From: a virus
Lineage: Duplodnaviria > Heunggongvirae > Uroviricota > Caudoviricetes > Crassvirales
Virus record (IMG/VR): IMGVR_UViG_3300035495_000018
Coordinates: 24,104-88,103 of that record
DNA length: 64,000 nt
Reading direction: 5' to 3' (one strand)
Shown here piece by piece: positions 1 through 12,071 of the stretch (position 1 is its first letter; every line of letters begins with the position of its first letter). The position numbers were made by a program, and so were the translations under genes. The notes under the pieces are model-generated. The model searched no databases. It saw nothing but the letters and a program-made list of their open reading frames with translations, and had not been told where the DNA came from.

Positions 1-3000
1 CTCCATATCATTATTAAGAGGAGTAGATATTCTATCAGTTACCTCCATAATGATACCATCGTTTGCTTCCACTTCTTGAAGGTACTTGTTAACCCTCATC
101 TGCTGTGCATAGAGGTCACCAAAGGTAGAACCTACTGCATTTGATGCAGTGAACTTAGTTGAAGTTACAAACTGAGATACTTGATTAGCAATAGTTGTAA
201 TATTGCTGAACAACTCAAGAATCTCAAGTTGCTGAGATACAAATGATACATCAGACATCTTACTATTACCAGACTCTTTTGCCTTTCTCTCCTCAATTAT
301 ATGAGAAGCAAGTGCTTCAAGAGAGAAGGAACCAGGCTGTGCCTTTCCCTTCTTTGGTGCAGTAACACCATCCATTGCCATGTAACTGGCTTTCACATCT
401 CTGAGGGCAGTGTCAATTCCAACACCATTATTGAAACAATATTCGCATAGTTCCTTTATAATAGGTTGATTGAATAACATACCTATCTCTTGAGTTGTGT
501 AGCCAATTCTTGCAAGAACAGCTCCAGCATCAGCAGTTATAGTGTTAAGGTTCATGAAGTTGAGAACAGGGTCTTTTACAGCATCCACAGATGCAGAAAG
601 AAGTTCAGCTACATTCAAGTCTACGTCAATTCCACTAGGTGGATTGAGGAAGTCACTTACTCTACCATCACCATAGCTATGACCAGCAAACTCAATGGGT
701 GCTCCAAGTCTGAAGGAATGCATCAAACTTGCAAAAGCATGATTGGTGTTCTGGTTTGCAAATACGCCAATAAGTTTACCTGCAACCTGATTCTGCTGAT
801 TATATGTTATGATAGTCATAGGGTCAGATGGGTCATAGTTAGGTTCAGGGTCTTTGCTTTCTTTACTAGAAGCTCTTTCTTCAAGAGCTGCAAAGTCAAC
901 TGTACCATTCTTGACAATGCCATTAAGGTCACCAAAGATGAGTTCCCTCATTACTCTAGCAGACTTTGAAGCATTGGCGAAACCACCAGGAGTGTATCTC
1001 TGCTCGAATGTCTCTTCATCCACCAGTCTCTGCTGAATAAGATGAATCAACATGTTGTTTCTAGCAGCCTTACTATTCTCAAGAGGGGACTTATCAAAGT
1101 CATATTCTTCAAACTCAATGAGCTCAGAAGTGTCCTGTCCAAAGATAGCTGACAGAAGATTATCTGTGGCCTCGTCATTTGACTGTCTCTTTTTAGCTTT
1201 ATACTCTCTTCTCATTAAGTAAAGCTTATCTACGTCAAAGTCAAAACCAGCAATAGTAGTACCTTCTGCTGGAACCTTGATAGTTCCACCAGCAGTCTTC
1301 TGACTGAATCTCTTAACCCTAAGGTTAATCATTGAGTAGTCTCTCTCTGTAGGAATTCTATATGCTACCATACTGGTAACACCAGGAAGTTTCTTCTCTA
1401 TTAAAGGAGTGCCATCCTTATCAAGTTTGAGGGTGCCATCTTCATTGCAATAGTCATTGAACTCTAGTGCAACTAGATTGCCTTTCTCATCCTTATATGT
1501 AAGGTCCCAAGGAATCTCACATTCAGCATAAAGGATATTGTTCTTTCCATCAGTAACATACTTGAGGTCACCATCTTCAGCATATCCATTGATACCCATT
1601 GCAGAAACCTGCACTAGAGGATTACCCTGGATAGTTTGTTTGTTTACCATTTTCTTGAAGATACTGAGTAGCATAGATGAAGCATCATGCTCAAGTCCTG
1701 CTTCAAACAATGGCATTGCAAAGTTACCATCAATTATACCATAGGACAGAAGATTGTCCATAGACTCTCTACTGTTGTTGATTACTCCTTGGATTAGCTG
1801 CTTACTTAACTCCTCTATATTTCCAGTGCTCTGTGAGAACAGGTTGAATGAGTCCATTATGTTGGCAACAATAAGAGAGTTATAGAAGGAAATAAGGTTC
1901 CTACCATTCATTCTTACTTTGCCATGCTTGCCACCCAGATTTATAAACTCTGAGTCTACATAGCTTGCATAGTGACCATCATCAAACCTATCCATCTTTA
2001 CTCCTGCCATGATGAGTTTCCTCACCTGAGTACCAAATAGTCTTCCACTCTGAACATGGTCAGGAACATTACCTTGAATTCTATAGTCAGCATAGCTCAA
2101 CTGATGAACATATCCTTTGCTAAGAGCCTCATTAAGTTCTGTTCCATTTGTAGCCTTACTTATATCAGTAGAGCCAAAACCACCAACCTTGACTATCTTG
2201 GTAGAACCAACTAAATCAATGTTATTATCATCCATGTAGTAAGCTATATCCCTTAACTTACTTCCTTGTGGAAGTAGCTCTGGTATCAATACAGCTTCAG
2301 CATATTTATGCTGTACAGGAATAAGTAGTTTATCAGAGTTATTAACTGCCAGAACCTCATGTGTGAACATATAAGGTTTGATAGGCTGGAATATTACAGC
2401 AAGGTCAGCAATTCTTTTCAACTCCTGGGCTGGAATCTTCTGGTCTCTTCCATAAGAAGCCCTGATACTTTCAATCTGCTTGAAGGCATTCTCCATCTCA
2501 TCAGTCCATTGACCTGCCATACCAAGAACCTTCCTATATGACCTGAGACTTCTATAGCCTTGACCATCAGTCAGAGTATTATCAAGATACTTCTTCCACC
2601 TTGAATCTCTTCCAAAGTGAGCCTCAATAGCTCTCATGAACTCTGGATTAGTTTCACTTGAGTTAAGTGAAATATCATCAAAGTAAAGGCACCTCTCAAT
2701 CCCATCCTCACTGAACTTTTTTCCATCTTTGTCAAGAGCAGCAAGGCTTAATACACTACCAGGAGCATGAATCTCCTTGTACCTCTTCTGAAGGTCTTTA
2801 GTGCCTTTATAGAAGGCAGTGTCTATAGTCATCATCTGCAACTGTTGTATAGTTGCAAACTTGGTATTCCAGTAGAAGTTCTGTAAGTCAGCATCAAGGG
2901 TAGCCGGAGATATATTCTTAGGAAGATATACATATCTGTCTACATCCTCCCATTGATTAGTCTTAGGATTTCTGACTCTCACTGACTTTGTCTCAAGGAG

Positions 3001-5483
3001 ACCCATGTTACTTAAAGATTGCTTGAAGTCTGCAATAGCATCATTCATATATGCTTCAATAGCAGCTTTTACTTCTTGCTCACTACCAGTTCCAAGCATC
3101 TTATAGTACTTACCTCTGGTATTATCTTTAGCAACATAGTCCTCATTGAGGAATGGAAGGAAAGTAAACTCACCCTTTACATCAAGAACTCTGCCATTAG
3201 AGTCCCTGATAACCTGGACTTTCCTCTTAGAGAAATTATCAATACCCTTGTAGCCACCATCAGAAAGTACCTTATTGGCAGCTTCAGATAACATCATTCT
3301 CCTCTTCTCTTGCCTCCACACTTTGAACAGTCCATCAAGTATATCTTCTGTGCTATACATCTTAGCTCTTAGATATTTACTTACACCACTATCACCTAAT
3401 ATGAATACAGGATATAAAGCAGTGTCAGCATTTGAGCTAATCTGTTTGTCAGAGAAGAACCTTGTCAGCATATCCATCATGTGCTGTTTGCCAGTAAAGT
3501 TCTCAAAACTTACATCAGCAGTTCCAAGAGACCTCATGTAGTCAAACTGAGCAGCAAATGTTTCTGAAAGGTCAGGCCCCTTTTCATCACAGCACTTGAG
3601 TAACTCTTCAAGCCACTTATTAAGTACAGTTCCTTTGGAGTCTCTGAAGTATGAAGATGATAGGTAGTGGTCCTCAAGGAATTTCCTAAGACCTTTCTTA
3701 TCATTACTCTCAACATAGCTTTTTATAACATCAATCCTATCTCCCATGTAAGAGGGATTGATATATGAGAACAGGGTTATTCCATTACCTTTAGAGTCTT
3801 TGTGTCTTACTCTAGACTCAAGCCTAAGACCCTCTCTGTTCTTTGTAATGACAGTGAGCATCTTATCAATCTTCTCTCTTAATGAGCCCTTGGCTGAGTT
3901 CTGTGCTGTAAGCAGTGACTTATAAGTTCTCTTACCTAGAGAATAGTCACCACTGTCAAGCTTCTTCTTAGCTTCCTCTGTAAGATTGCCCTCAATACCA
4001 TAGGTAAGAGCCTGCTTTAGGTTGTCAAGAAAATCCTTTAGGTCCTTTGGCGTGCCCATTATAGAGTCTATAGTATCAGCATCAAGTTGTATACCAAGAG
4101 CCTCACTTACATCCATTAGGAAAGCTCTCCTTTGTGCAAGTGTAGGGGCACCCTGGGCATTCTTAGGAAGGTACCACTTTGCTGCTTTTAGGGCACCATC
4201 AGGTTTAAGCCACTCTTTAAGTAGCCCTCTTACCTTCTGTAAGTTCTTCCAGTTTACATTACCCTGTTTGTCAAATACAGAAGTTTGCTCATTTACAGGA
4301 GTTCCAAGCTGTACTCTCGTCATAAACTCTCCACCGAGTATATTCTCAATTCTATTGAGAAGCTTGGTCTTGAATACCCTAAGACCTTTATTTGAAGGGT
4401 CTCTATCCTCTACAAGTATAGAGTATGGTTGGAAGTTCTTCTTGAAGTCTACAAAGAACTGAGTTCTGAGCTGATTATTTGTCTTAAGAGCTTGAACAAT
4501 AGGTTTCAACCACTCATGCTTGAGTGTTCCTTCCTTAGTAAAGAAGTCTCTCATCATCTGTGCTTCAGATGTAATACCTCTTAGGTCTTCCATCAAAGCC
4601 TGATGAACCTTGACAGGGTCAAGCATAATAGGATGACCAAGGTCATCATACTTAACCTGAATTTTCCCATCAACCTCCTTGTATAAGGGCAAGCAACTGA
4701 TAAGCCTTCTCACCTGTTGTCCAACTGAACCAAATGAAGACCTCATATCATTGGTCTCTTGCCATCCCTCTCTCTTAGATTCAGCCATGTCAAATAACTC
4801 TCCCATGTTATTATCACCGAAGTTATCTGCATTGGCATCATCAGACCATTCAAGAGTATTACCTAGTTTGACTCCCTCAGTATCTCTTAATTTCATTCTT
4901 ACGAATGCTGTAAGAGGAGCCCAGTTGCTGAGTATCTGACTTATCTTTTCGGCTCTCTCTCTGCCCTCTTGAGTGTTCATGCTCATATAAGCTGACTGCC
5001 TATCAATCAACTCATCATAAATCTTCTCAAAGATAGAGAACTCTCCTGCTGCTTTTCCGCCAGCATCATCAGTCCATCCAGCAACTATTTGACTTCTTGA
5101 CTTCCCTGGGTTAGCAGCCTTTACTCTGTCAACCCACCTTGAGAACAGGGATGCCAGCATATTGACCCTATTAAACCTTTCTTCTGCTGTGAAGTCACGC
5201 CTAAGTTGAATGTAGGAGTCATGAAGATTTGTTCCTGCACTATTCATAGAAGATGCATTCCTTCTAGATAGAGACTGCCTGAAAGTCTTCAGTACTTGAG
5301 CAGCTTTAACTGGGTCAGAAGTGTCAAGAGGCTCTTTTCCAAGCCTCTCTTGATTCTCATCATACATACCTCTAAGGGTTGCCACTCTGTATGCAGGATT
5401 GAATTTTTCTGTGGGTTTCCACCCAAGGTTGGATGCTATTACATCATCCACCCCTTTAAGGGGAATATAACATACTTTCTTCA
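1..5483 (-). CDS. Giant protein, N-terminal ~1,827 aa visible (ORF continues past window start); function unknown, possibly a multidomain virion/RNAP-like protein
   Basis: Uninterrupted minus-strand reading frame from ATG at 5483 (MKKVCYIPLKGVDD...) to position 1; only short spurious plus-strand ORFs overlap; preceded by TAccTTTG -7 element. Confidence 0.6.
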
Positions 5484-5574
5484 TGCGAATAAGTTTATTT
5501 TTTGTGCAAAGGTAAGTAAATTTCTCCACACCACCAAGTGGTTTATGGATAATTTTAGATTGATTTAAGAAAAA

Positions 5575-5602
5575 ATAGAGGGAGATGTTACTCTCCCCCT
5601 AA
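5575..5602 (-). terminator. Rho-independent terminator (hairpin GGGAGAG..CTCTCCC followed by T-run on minus strand)
   Basis: Plus strand gagggagatgttactctccccc; minus sense gives stem plus tctattttttctt. Confidence 0.5.
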
Positions 5603-5715
5603 TTGATATTTACATGTCAGTTATATCATCATGATAATTGCAGTCAGGGTCATTGGTATCACCTACCTCACAATCCAATAACTCACAATAACCATTGCTA
5701 AAGAACTGACATCCT

Positions 5716-6336
5716 TTACAATATGCTCTTCTCATAACTCTGTTGTTTAATTGATTCTGGGAAATATAGCAATGTCCCCATTGAGTTCTTATGAACATCA
5801 ACATTAGGAAATGCTTCACTGAAATCCTTGGTATTGAACTTAGGAGTAATGAAATGACAACATTGTACTGTAGGAACTTCTATCACATACATACTTGTCT
5901 CATCACCCCACATATTCTTCAACCAATTGTAAATAGAATCCTTCTGCTCAGGGTCATCAACATCAATAATCCATCTTGTGGTTCTTGACTTTAACTCTCC
6001 AGCAGCACTATTGAGGGTCTTCCTGGGGTTCCTTACAATGTCCTCACTTATATCAAAAGCAAGCTTTCTCAACATAAGTTTCTGAAGAGCATAGAAGTCT
6101 TTCCCTGCCATATTAATATAGGCTCTAGCACCATAGTGTTCACACAAGAGAATAATCTCTGGCATGACTCTTTGAAGAGGCTCTCTACTCCTAATGAAGT
6201 AGGTCTTGAGAGCACCCTCCTTTACTTTCTCTCCCTTATGGTCTTTTGCTCTTTGCACTATTTGACAGTGCATGAACATATTATTACCTTCATTGAAATA
6301 GATATAAGGGAGTAACAATTCCATGTTATTTATCAT
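5716..6336 (-). CDS. hypothetical protein
   Basis: 206-aa ORF, no recognised motif. Confidence 0.5.
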   Translation of the reverse strand: MINNMELLLPYIYFNEGNNMFMHCQIVQRAKDHKGEKVKEGALKTYFIRSREPLQRVMPEIILLCEHYGARAYINMAGKDFYALQKLMLRKLAFDISEDIVRNPRKTLNSAAGELKSRTTRWIIDVDDPEQKDSIYNWLKNMWGDETSMYVIEVPTVQCCHFITPKFNTKDFSEAFPNVDVHKNSMGTLLYFPESIKQQSYEKSIL

Positions 6337-7168
6337 ACCACATCTTTAGCAACCCTCTGTTAATAAACTCCTTCATAAGTGGTTCAGCAAGAATCTTAGC
6401 ATCAGGATGAGGTGCTCCTGTTGTACCAAGTGCCCTTAAATCAAAGAAGTGCTTCCAATCACTGACAAATCCAGTCATCACCAACTCAGTCTTCAATGCT
6501 AAAGGAAGAACCTCTCTAGCATCTTGAGGCTTGTAACCAAGGTCAAGTAGTTGGAAATAGTACTTCTCACTCTGTTCACAGGCTTGCATGAATCCACAGA
6601 ACATATCATTCCTATTCTCTTCAAATGTACCTCCTGGGTACTTAATCCAGGATGGATAAATGAAGGTAAGTTCTTTGCCAAACTTATCTTTGGAATAGTT
6701 ACAATACCTAGTAGACTCTTGTGCAAAGCTAAATACTCTGTGCCTACAGAATTCTCTTGCAATACCATTAGAAGTAGTGAATACTACAGTAACTCTTCTC
6801 TTATGGTACTCAGTAGGTTCACATAGATACTTGAGGTCATCGAGCAGTCTATTCTCTACTAGTACTCTTAGATTAGTAGTAACATACCAAGCCAACTGCC
6901 CCTTTATGAAAGACACCTTACTATAAGGGTTATTACTATACTCCTCAATATCCTTAGCTAGCATTGGTATCTTCAAATACACAGTACCATGCTCTAACAT
7001 AGCATAGTGTTGGGATGCTACCATTCTATCAACAAAGTCTTTAGCAGTTTTACCTTCAGGTCTTTTAGACTTATAGCAAGTTCTACCTGCAAGTTCAATC
7101 TGCTCATATATACCTTCTATTCCAGGTCTCTGTTCAAGTATTTTAAAGCTTGGTCTAATGTACTTCAT
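6326..7168 (-). CDS. thyX: Flavin-dependent thymidylate synthase ThyX
   Basis: ThyX signature RHRxxSxxxxSxR (CRHRVFSFAQESTRY), N-terminal QRPGIEGIYE..RTCYKS. Confidence 0.85.
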   Translation of the reverse strand: MKYIRPSFKILEQRPGIEGIYEQIELAGRTCYKSKRPEGKTAKDFVDRMVASQHYAMLEHGTVYLKIPMLAKDIEEYSNNPYSKVSFIKGQLAWYVTTNLRVLVENRLLDDLKYLCEPTEYHKRRVTVVFTTSNGIAREFCRHRVFSFAQESTRYCNYSKDKFGKELTFIYPSWIKYPGGTFEENRNDMFCGFMQACEQSEKYYFQLLDLGYKPQDAREVLPLALKTELVMTGFVSDWKHFFDLRALGTTGAPHPDAKILAEPLMKEFINRGLLKMWYDK

Positions 7169-8018
7169 AATCTAAATAGTTGTCACTAAATTCATTGCAC
7201 CATGTTTTATTGTAGTTCCCATTTGGATACAATTTAGGAACTGTTGGCTCATCTATAATGTTAGTTTCCCCAGGGATACATCTTTTGAACCTTACCCCAT
7301 TATAGAAAGCATACATATAAGAACCATTGCGTAACCACTTGAGTGTATTTAGCAAATCCCAGACCTCTTTGTCCTCACATAGTTCATGGAAATCTGGAGT
7401 GAAGTACATTGATACACTTCTCCTCTGAAATCCTCTTGTATCCTCTATGAACTGAAGCATCTTACTATATGTGAAGGACTTGTCTCCAGCAATCTTGATA
7501 TTTGCCTTGTCTATGTATGGTTTAAGGAATTCAATATCTTCCTTAGTATGCACTGTAATCTGAGTCCAATCAAATATCTTTATAAGCTCATACCACAAGC
7601 TTTTCTTTCTGATGTTAGTAGAAATAATAGGGCTAAAATTGAAACTACGTATTACACTACATATCTCTCTCAGATACTTAATTCCAACTACAGTAGGCTC
7701 ACCTCCTAGTAGCAGTATCTCTGTTCCAGGCTCAGCATATCTTGATAATGTCTGTAAGAATTGCTTTATTGAGTCTAGACTTACTACACTGTTACTAGTA
7801 TTTATGAACTTGTCTATGCAGAACTTACAATGGTTAGGACAACTATGAGTGACTACAATATCTGCATGGTCTATGCAGACCTCTTGGTACTCCTCCCTTA
7901 TATAAGTGTCAATACCTTCTTCCTCCCACTTCTGGTCCTGTATAGCAAGTGCCTCTTCATAAGAACCAGCACCTGCTACATAGGAACCATCTTTGATATT
8001 TTCAATCCAGTATATCAT
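7155..8018 (-). CDS. Radical SAM protein (CxxxCxxC), function unknown (QueE-like or other)
   Basis: CPNHCKFC cluster plus GGEPTV motif; 4-nt overlap with downstream thioredoxin. Confidence 0.6.
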   Translation of the reverse strand: MIYWIENIKDGSYVAGAGSYEEALAIQDQKWEEEGIDTYIREEYQEVCIDHADIVVTHSCPNHCKFCIDKFINTSNSVVSLDSIKQFLQTLSRYAEPGTEILLLGGEPTVVGIKYLREICSVIRSFNFSPIISTNIRKKSLWYELIKIFDWTQITVHTKEDIEFLKPYIDKANIKIAGDKSFTYSKMLQFIEDTRGFQRRSVSMYFTPDFHELCEDKEVWDLLNTLKWLRNGSYMYAFYNGVRFKRCIPGETNIIDEPTVPKLYPNGNYNKTWCNEFSDNYLDYEVH

Positions 8019-8263
8019 ACTAATGCTGCTTTAATAGTATCAATAGGAGTGATACCTTTGAATGCTTGGAAACCATTGTCATCATAGACTATGATAGTAG
8101 GAACTGTCCTAATACCATACTTATCTACTAGCTCTTGGTTAGCCTCATCAGCAATATCTACTTCTGTGATTTCAACACCATCAAGACCTTCAAGGTTTTT
8201 ACTCATAACCTTACAAGGTCCACAAGTCTTACTGTAAAACTTAAGAATCTTTTTCATCTTCAT
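8015..8263 (-). CDS. Thioredoxin/glutaredoxin-like protein
   Basis: CGPC active-site motif in 82-aa protein, thioredoxin fold length. Confidence 0.75.
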   Translation of the reverse strand: MKMKKILKFYSKTCGPCKVMSKNLEGLDGVEITEVDIADEANQELVDKYGIRTVPTIIVYDDNGFQAFKGITPIDTIKAALV

Positions 8264-8379
8264 CTTCTTTTAGAACATCTCTAAACTCATCCATTGACTC
8301 CTCTATCAGCCAAGTAGCTATCCTGCTTAAAGCCATAGATATACCTACCAACACAAGTATCATTACCATAGCTAGGAAG

Positions 8380-8760
8380 TCATTCATAGATTACCTCCAT
8401 TTCATCTATATCCCAGCCTTCACAATCTTCAATAGCTTGCTTGAGGTATCTGGGCATTCCTGCTGCCTTGAGGTCTAAGTCCTTATCAAAGATACTTTTA
8501 GTATAGCCAGCAAGGTCAGTAGGTAAAGTTACTTGGTCTTCTACAGCTTTATGCAAGTCACAGTCAGAATAGTCTATTGAATGGTACGGGCCATCTTCAT
8601 CTATTCCACTTTCCTCTGTGTAGTCATTAACAGTGACAGTGAATGTCTTACTGATAGTCATAGACACTGTTACTTCAATCTCCCTATCAGGAGGGTCTAC
8701 TTGGTTGTACGGAGCATTGGGGTCAAACTCTGCACCAGGGGGATAATATCCACTTTCCAT
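8380..8760 (-). CDS. Acidic hypothetical protein (possible HicB-like antitoxin partner)
   Basis: Start/stop overlap with upstream HicA-like gene; very acidic; no motif. Confidence 0.35.
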   Translation of the reverse strand: MESGYYPPGAEFDPNAPYNQVDPPDREIEVTVSMTISKTFTVTVNDYTEESGIDEDGPYHSIDYSDCDLHKAVEDQVTLPTDLAGYTKSIFDKDLDLKAAGMPRYLKQAIEDCEGWDIDEMEVIYE

Positions 8761-8957
8761 TATTTCTTTCTTTTAAATTCTGTTACTAAATTATTCTCTT
8801 TGACTAGTCTTCTTGCAATTACACTATTAAGTTTCTGAGGAATAGAAAGGTGTTTACCATCTCTGACATATATAGCATGGTCACCACTATGTCTATTATA
8901 AGTAAAACCATTTCTTTGTATTATCCTAATAAACTCTCTTTGTGTATATTGCTTCAT
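8760..8957 (-). CDS. hicA: HicA-family toxin-like (mRNA interferase) protein
   Basis: 65 aa, RHSGDHAIYVRDGKHLSIP resembles YcfA/HicA GSH..xP core. Confidence 0.5.
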   Translation of the reverse strand: MKQYTQREFIRIIQRNGFTYNRHSGDHAIYVRDGKHLSIPQKLNSVIARRLVKENNLVTEFKRKK

Positions 8958-9211
8958 CTCTTACCATCTAGCCCATAGTGAATATGGTTTGTACTAGTTT
9001 GTTTTACATGCCCACAGAGAGGACACCTTATAGTAGTATAAGATGTCCCTCCTTCATACTTAGTTTCAGGATTATATTCTATGAGCTTTTTACAGTTATC
9101 ACATATAATATATTTAGCCATGAAGTACTTGAGATATTGCTTTAGCTGCCTCTTGTATTTTATTCTTCTGAGAGGCAGTATATCTCCGAAGTTCTCCACA
9201 CTCTTCTTCAA
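8954..9211 (-). CDS. Zinc-ribbon protein
   Basis: CDNC...CPLC four-Cys arrangement. Confidence 0.5.
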   Translation of the reverse strand: MKKSVENFGDILPLRRIKYKRQLKQYLKYFMAKYIICDNCKKLIEYNPETKYEGGTSYTTIRCPLCGHVKQTSTNHIHYGLDGKR

Positions 9212-9228
9212 ATAAGAAGCTATTTATT

Positions 9229-9528
9229 TTATTCAGTAAACTCAGACTGGCTTTCAGTTGAGTCTTTGCTATTATCTTTATTCCCATCTTTAATCTTTAC
9301 TATATTTTCAGGTTCTCTATAACAATTATAGTAGTATTGTATTCCTTTAACAATAGAACTAGGAACTTTTATAGCCACTTTATTAGTCTCTGCAAAGTGA
9401 CTTACTATACCTATTTCAGGTTTTGCTCTATAATTGTTATTAATAATCACAGTATCACCAGGATAAATGCGCTTATTTTGCATATCATACATCTCCCGAT
9501 TATACTTTAAATATTCTCTTTTAGTCAT
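9229..9528 (-). CDS. hypothetical protein
   Basis: 99-aa ORF in operon context. Confidence 0.45.
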   Translation of the reverse strand: MTKREYLKYNREMYDMQNKRIYPGDTVIINNNYRAKPEIGIVSHFAETNKVAIKVPSSIVKGIQYYYNCYREPENIVKIKDGNKDNSKDSTESQSEFTE

Positions 9529-9970
9529 GTTTCTTTAACTCTTTTATTCTATCTTTAATACACCATATAGCCTTTTGAAGGTCTTCAATTTCCTTCTCTT
9601 TATCAGTAAGATTAGCATCCTTCTTTAGACCTGCTCTCCACAGGTATTTAATTGCACTACCAATGGTAAAACAATAATATCTAATAATTTCAATACATTC
9701 AATACCTGATGGATGTTGAGTATAATGACTAGGATGGTTAACATTGTCATCTTCTGGATTATTATTATCACTACCCATAGGAGGATTTTCCCAATAAAGT
9801 TGAGCAAAGTAATTTTCATCATCAACAATATAAGGTTTTCCTTTTATGGATTGATGAGACCCATCATTAGTTACTGTAAGATTATCTGATTGTAATGTCA
9901 GATAATCTCCTTTCTTAGCAAATAATACATCTTCTATATAGAAGTCTTTTATACAAATATATTCTTTCAT
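9521..9970 (-). CDS. hypothetical protein
   Basis: 149-aa ORF, overlapping start with neighbour. Confidence 0.45.
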   Translation of the reverse strand: MKEYICIKDFYIEDVLFAKKGDYLTLQSDNLTVTNDGSHQSIKGKPYIVDDENYFAQLYWENPPMGSDNNNPEDDNVNHPSHYTQHPSGIECIEIIRYYCFTIGSAIKYLWRAGLKKDANLTDKEKEIEDLQKAIWCIKDRIKELKKHD

Positions 9971-9983
9971 TTCTTTTATTTTT

Positions 9984-12071
9984 TTAATGTATCCAGTGGT
10001 CTCCTACAGCAGGCTCAGCAGGAATAGGTAATTTATGGTAGTATTTAGCAGCAGCTTCTTGCATTATTTTAGATACTATATTAGGATAAGTATCTTTTAA
10101 TTCCTCAGGAAACTCAGAGTTTATCTCATCATGGGTGAAATTACAGAATAATATCTTACCCCAATAGCCATTATCTATTATCCATTTATATAATGCAATT
10201 ACTGCTTCTTTAAGCACTATAGCTCCTCCTCCTTGAGTAGGTAAATTTAAAGACATTCTGTCACACCATTTAGACTTAGCTTGAAAATGTTGTGTAACCT
10301 TTTTACAAACATCATCATTTTTACCTTTATGATTTAATCTATAATCTTCCCAGAAATCTGATGTGAAAGTTTTCTGTCTTTCTAGCCAATCTTTCCAGTC
10401 CCACCAATATGCTCTATGCCCTGTTTCAGGCATTATTTCTACATATCCATGAGACATAACAAATTTAGAACCTCTTTCTTTAAAAGACTTTAAACCACTC
10501 ATACCATTAAGTAGATTATTAACTAAAGTTCTAGCAGCTTCTTTTGTAATACCTAACTGAGGGGCTACTGCTGTACCATCTGAACCAAATTGTACTGCAA
10601 ACTCAATACTTTTAACACTATTTCTTAAGTCAGGTCTCTTTTTCTTAATATCTTTAGTTTCTATATCTTTAAGTTCATCTACATATACTACTTTAGCATA
10701 AGCAGCATGAGAATCTCCTGAGCCATATAAAAATTCATCTAATAGTTTATGCTCATTATACACCTCTGCTCCAATCCTGGCTTCCATAGCACTAAAGTCA
10801 CAAGAACAGAATAAATTACCTTTTTCAGATACAAAACATCCTCTAGTTACTTCATCATGAGGAAGTTGTTGCATATTAGGGTAAGAACAACCTAAACCTT
10901 CTCTTTTTTGTTTATTAGAAGGGTTTACAGGAAGTCCTTTATATTTAGCTAAGTCATTATTATTTTGTTTATTACCTGATGCCATTCTACCTGAAACAGT
11001 ACCTATAGCTCTATATGTAGTATGTAGTCTACCTGTCTTAGGGTTAATAGCATTTAAATGGCCTTGACCAAAGGAAGTAATTACTTTATAATAACCTTGA
11101 TAATCTAAATATAATTTAAGGAAAGTATCATCAATACCTTTTTGTACTTTAATAACTTTTTCTGTTACTGACTCAGTTTCTTCTCCTGTAGTCTTACTTA
11201 TAGCATCTAGATTAAAACCTAAAGTCTTAAACACTTGTTTAGCTTCATCTTTTTGCCAGTCTATATTGAATTTAGGAGTAGTATCAAAGCCATCAAATAA
11301 ACTACCTTGTCTATTTATATAAACCCATTTTTGAAGTTTAGGATTGCTAATACAATAATCATTTAAGGTTTTAACAGTCTCTTCTAATTTAATTTTATCA
11401 TTATTCATTTTAGCTTTCCATTTTCCTTCATCTAGTTTAATTCCACACCATTCTAGATAAGCTATACAAGGTGTAAAATCACACTCCAGCTTGGCTCCTT
11501 TTAAGCAGTTTCTTTCTCTACAATCCTTTAACTGAGACCACATTATATCTTCAAGATATTTTACATCATTAGCAGCATATATAATTACTTTAGTATCTAT
11601 ACCTCTCCATATAATTTCACCTCTGACAGTTTTATCTATATATATATTTAACCTCCTAAGAGCTATATCAGCTAAGCTATAGTGTATTACCCCTGAAGGA
11701 TAGCCTAAATGTAGAAACTGCTCCACAATCATAGTATCATATACCATCTGAGGTTTAATACCATAATTATAAAGAAATTGTAAATCAAATTTTAAATTTT
11801 GCCCTATTAAATATTTAGTTTCTAGTATATCTTTATACTTTAATATATCAATAGTGGTAGCATCTACTACTATTTGAAAATCATTTTCTTTATTACCAAA
11901 CTGAATAAGTAATAACTTATTTATATGAGCATCTTTACCATCAGTTTCAGTATCAAACTGTAGAAAGTTACAAGAAGATAATAGGGATAGACTTTCTTCT
12001 ATCCCTATTATTTTATACTCATTATTATCAAACAGTTGTTTCTGTGTAGTTACAAGATATATCTGACTCAT
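9984..12071 (-). CDS. polA: DNA polymerase I (family A) with 3'-5' exonuclease domain
   Basis: Exo I FDTETDG; motif A CDFSAMEARI; motif B RPDLRNSVKSIEFAVQFG; motif C HDEI. Confidence 0.85.
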   Translation of the reverse strand: MSQIYLVTTQKQLFDNNEYKIIGIEESLSLLSSCNFLQFDTETDGKDAHINKLLLIQFGNKENDFQIVVDATTIDILKYKDILETKYLIGQNLKFDLQFLYNYGIKPQMVYDTMIVEQFLHLGYPSGVIHYSLADIALRRLNIYIDKTVRGEIIWRGIDTKVIIYAANDVKYLEDIMWSQLKDCRERNCLKGAKLECDFTPCIAYLEWCGIKLDEGKWKAKMNNDKIKLEETVKTLNDYCISNPKLQKWVYINRQGSLFDGFDTTPKFNIDWQKDEAKQVFKTLGFNLDAISKTTGEETESVTEKVIKVQKGIDDTFLKLYLDYQGYYKVITSFGQGHLNAINPKTGRLHTTYRAIGTVSGRMASGNKQNNNDLAKYKGLPVNPSNKQKREGLGCSYPNMQQLPHDEVTRGCFVSEKGNLFCSCDFSAMEARIGAEVYNEHKLLDEFLYGSGDSHAAYAKVVYVDELKDIETKDIKKKRPDLRNSVKSIEFAVQFGSDGTAVAPQLGITKEAARTLVNNLLNGMSGLKSFKERGSKFVMSHGYVEIMPETGHRAYWWDWKDWLERQKTFTSDFWEDYRLNHKGKNDDVCKKVTQHFQAKSKWCDRMSLNLPTQGGGAIVLKEAVIALYKWIIDNGYWGKILFCNFTHDEINSEFPEELKDTYPNIVSKIMQEAAAKYYHKLPIPAEPAVGDHWIH

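Noticed and set aside
490-5568. Multiple 60-160-aa plus-strand ORFs
   Set aside because: All lie antisense within the single giant minus-strand ORF.
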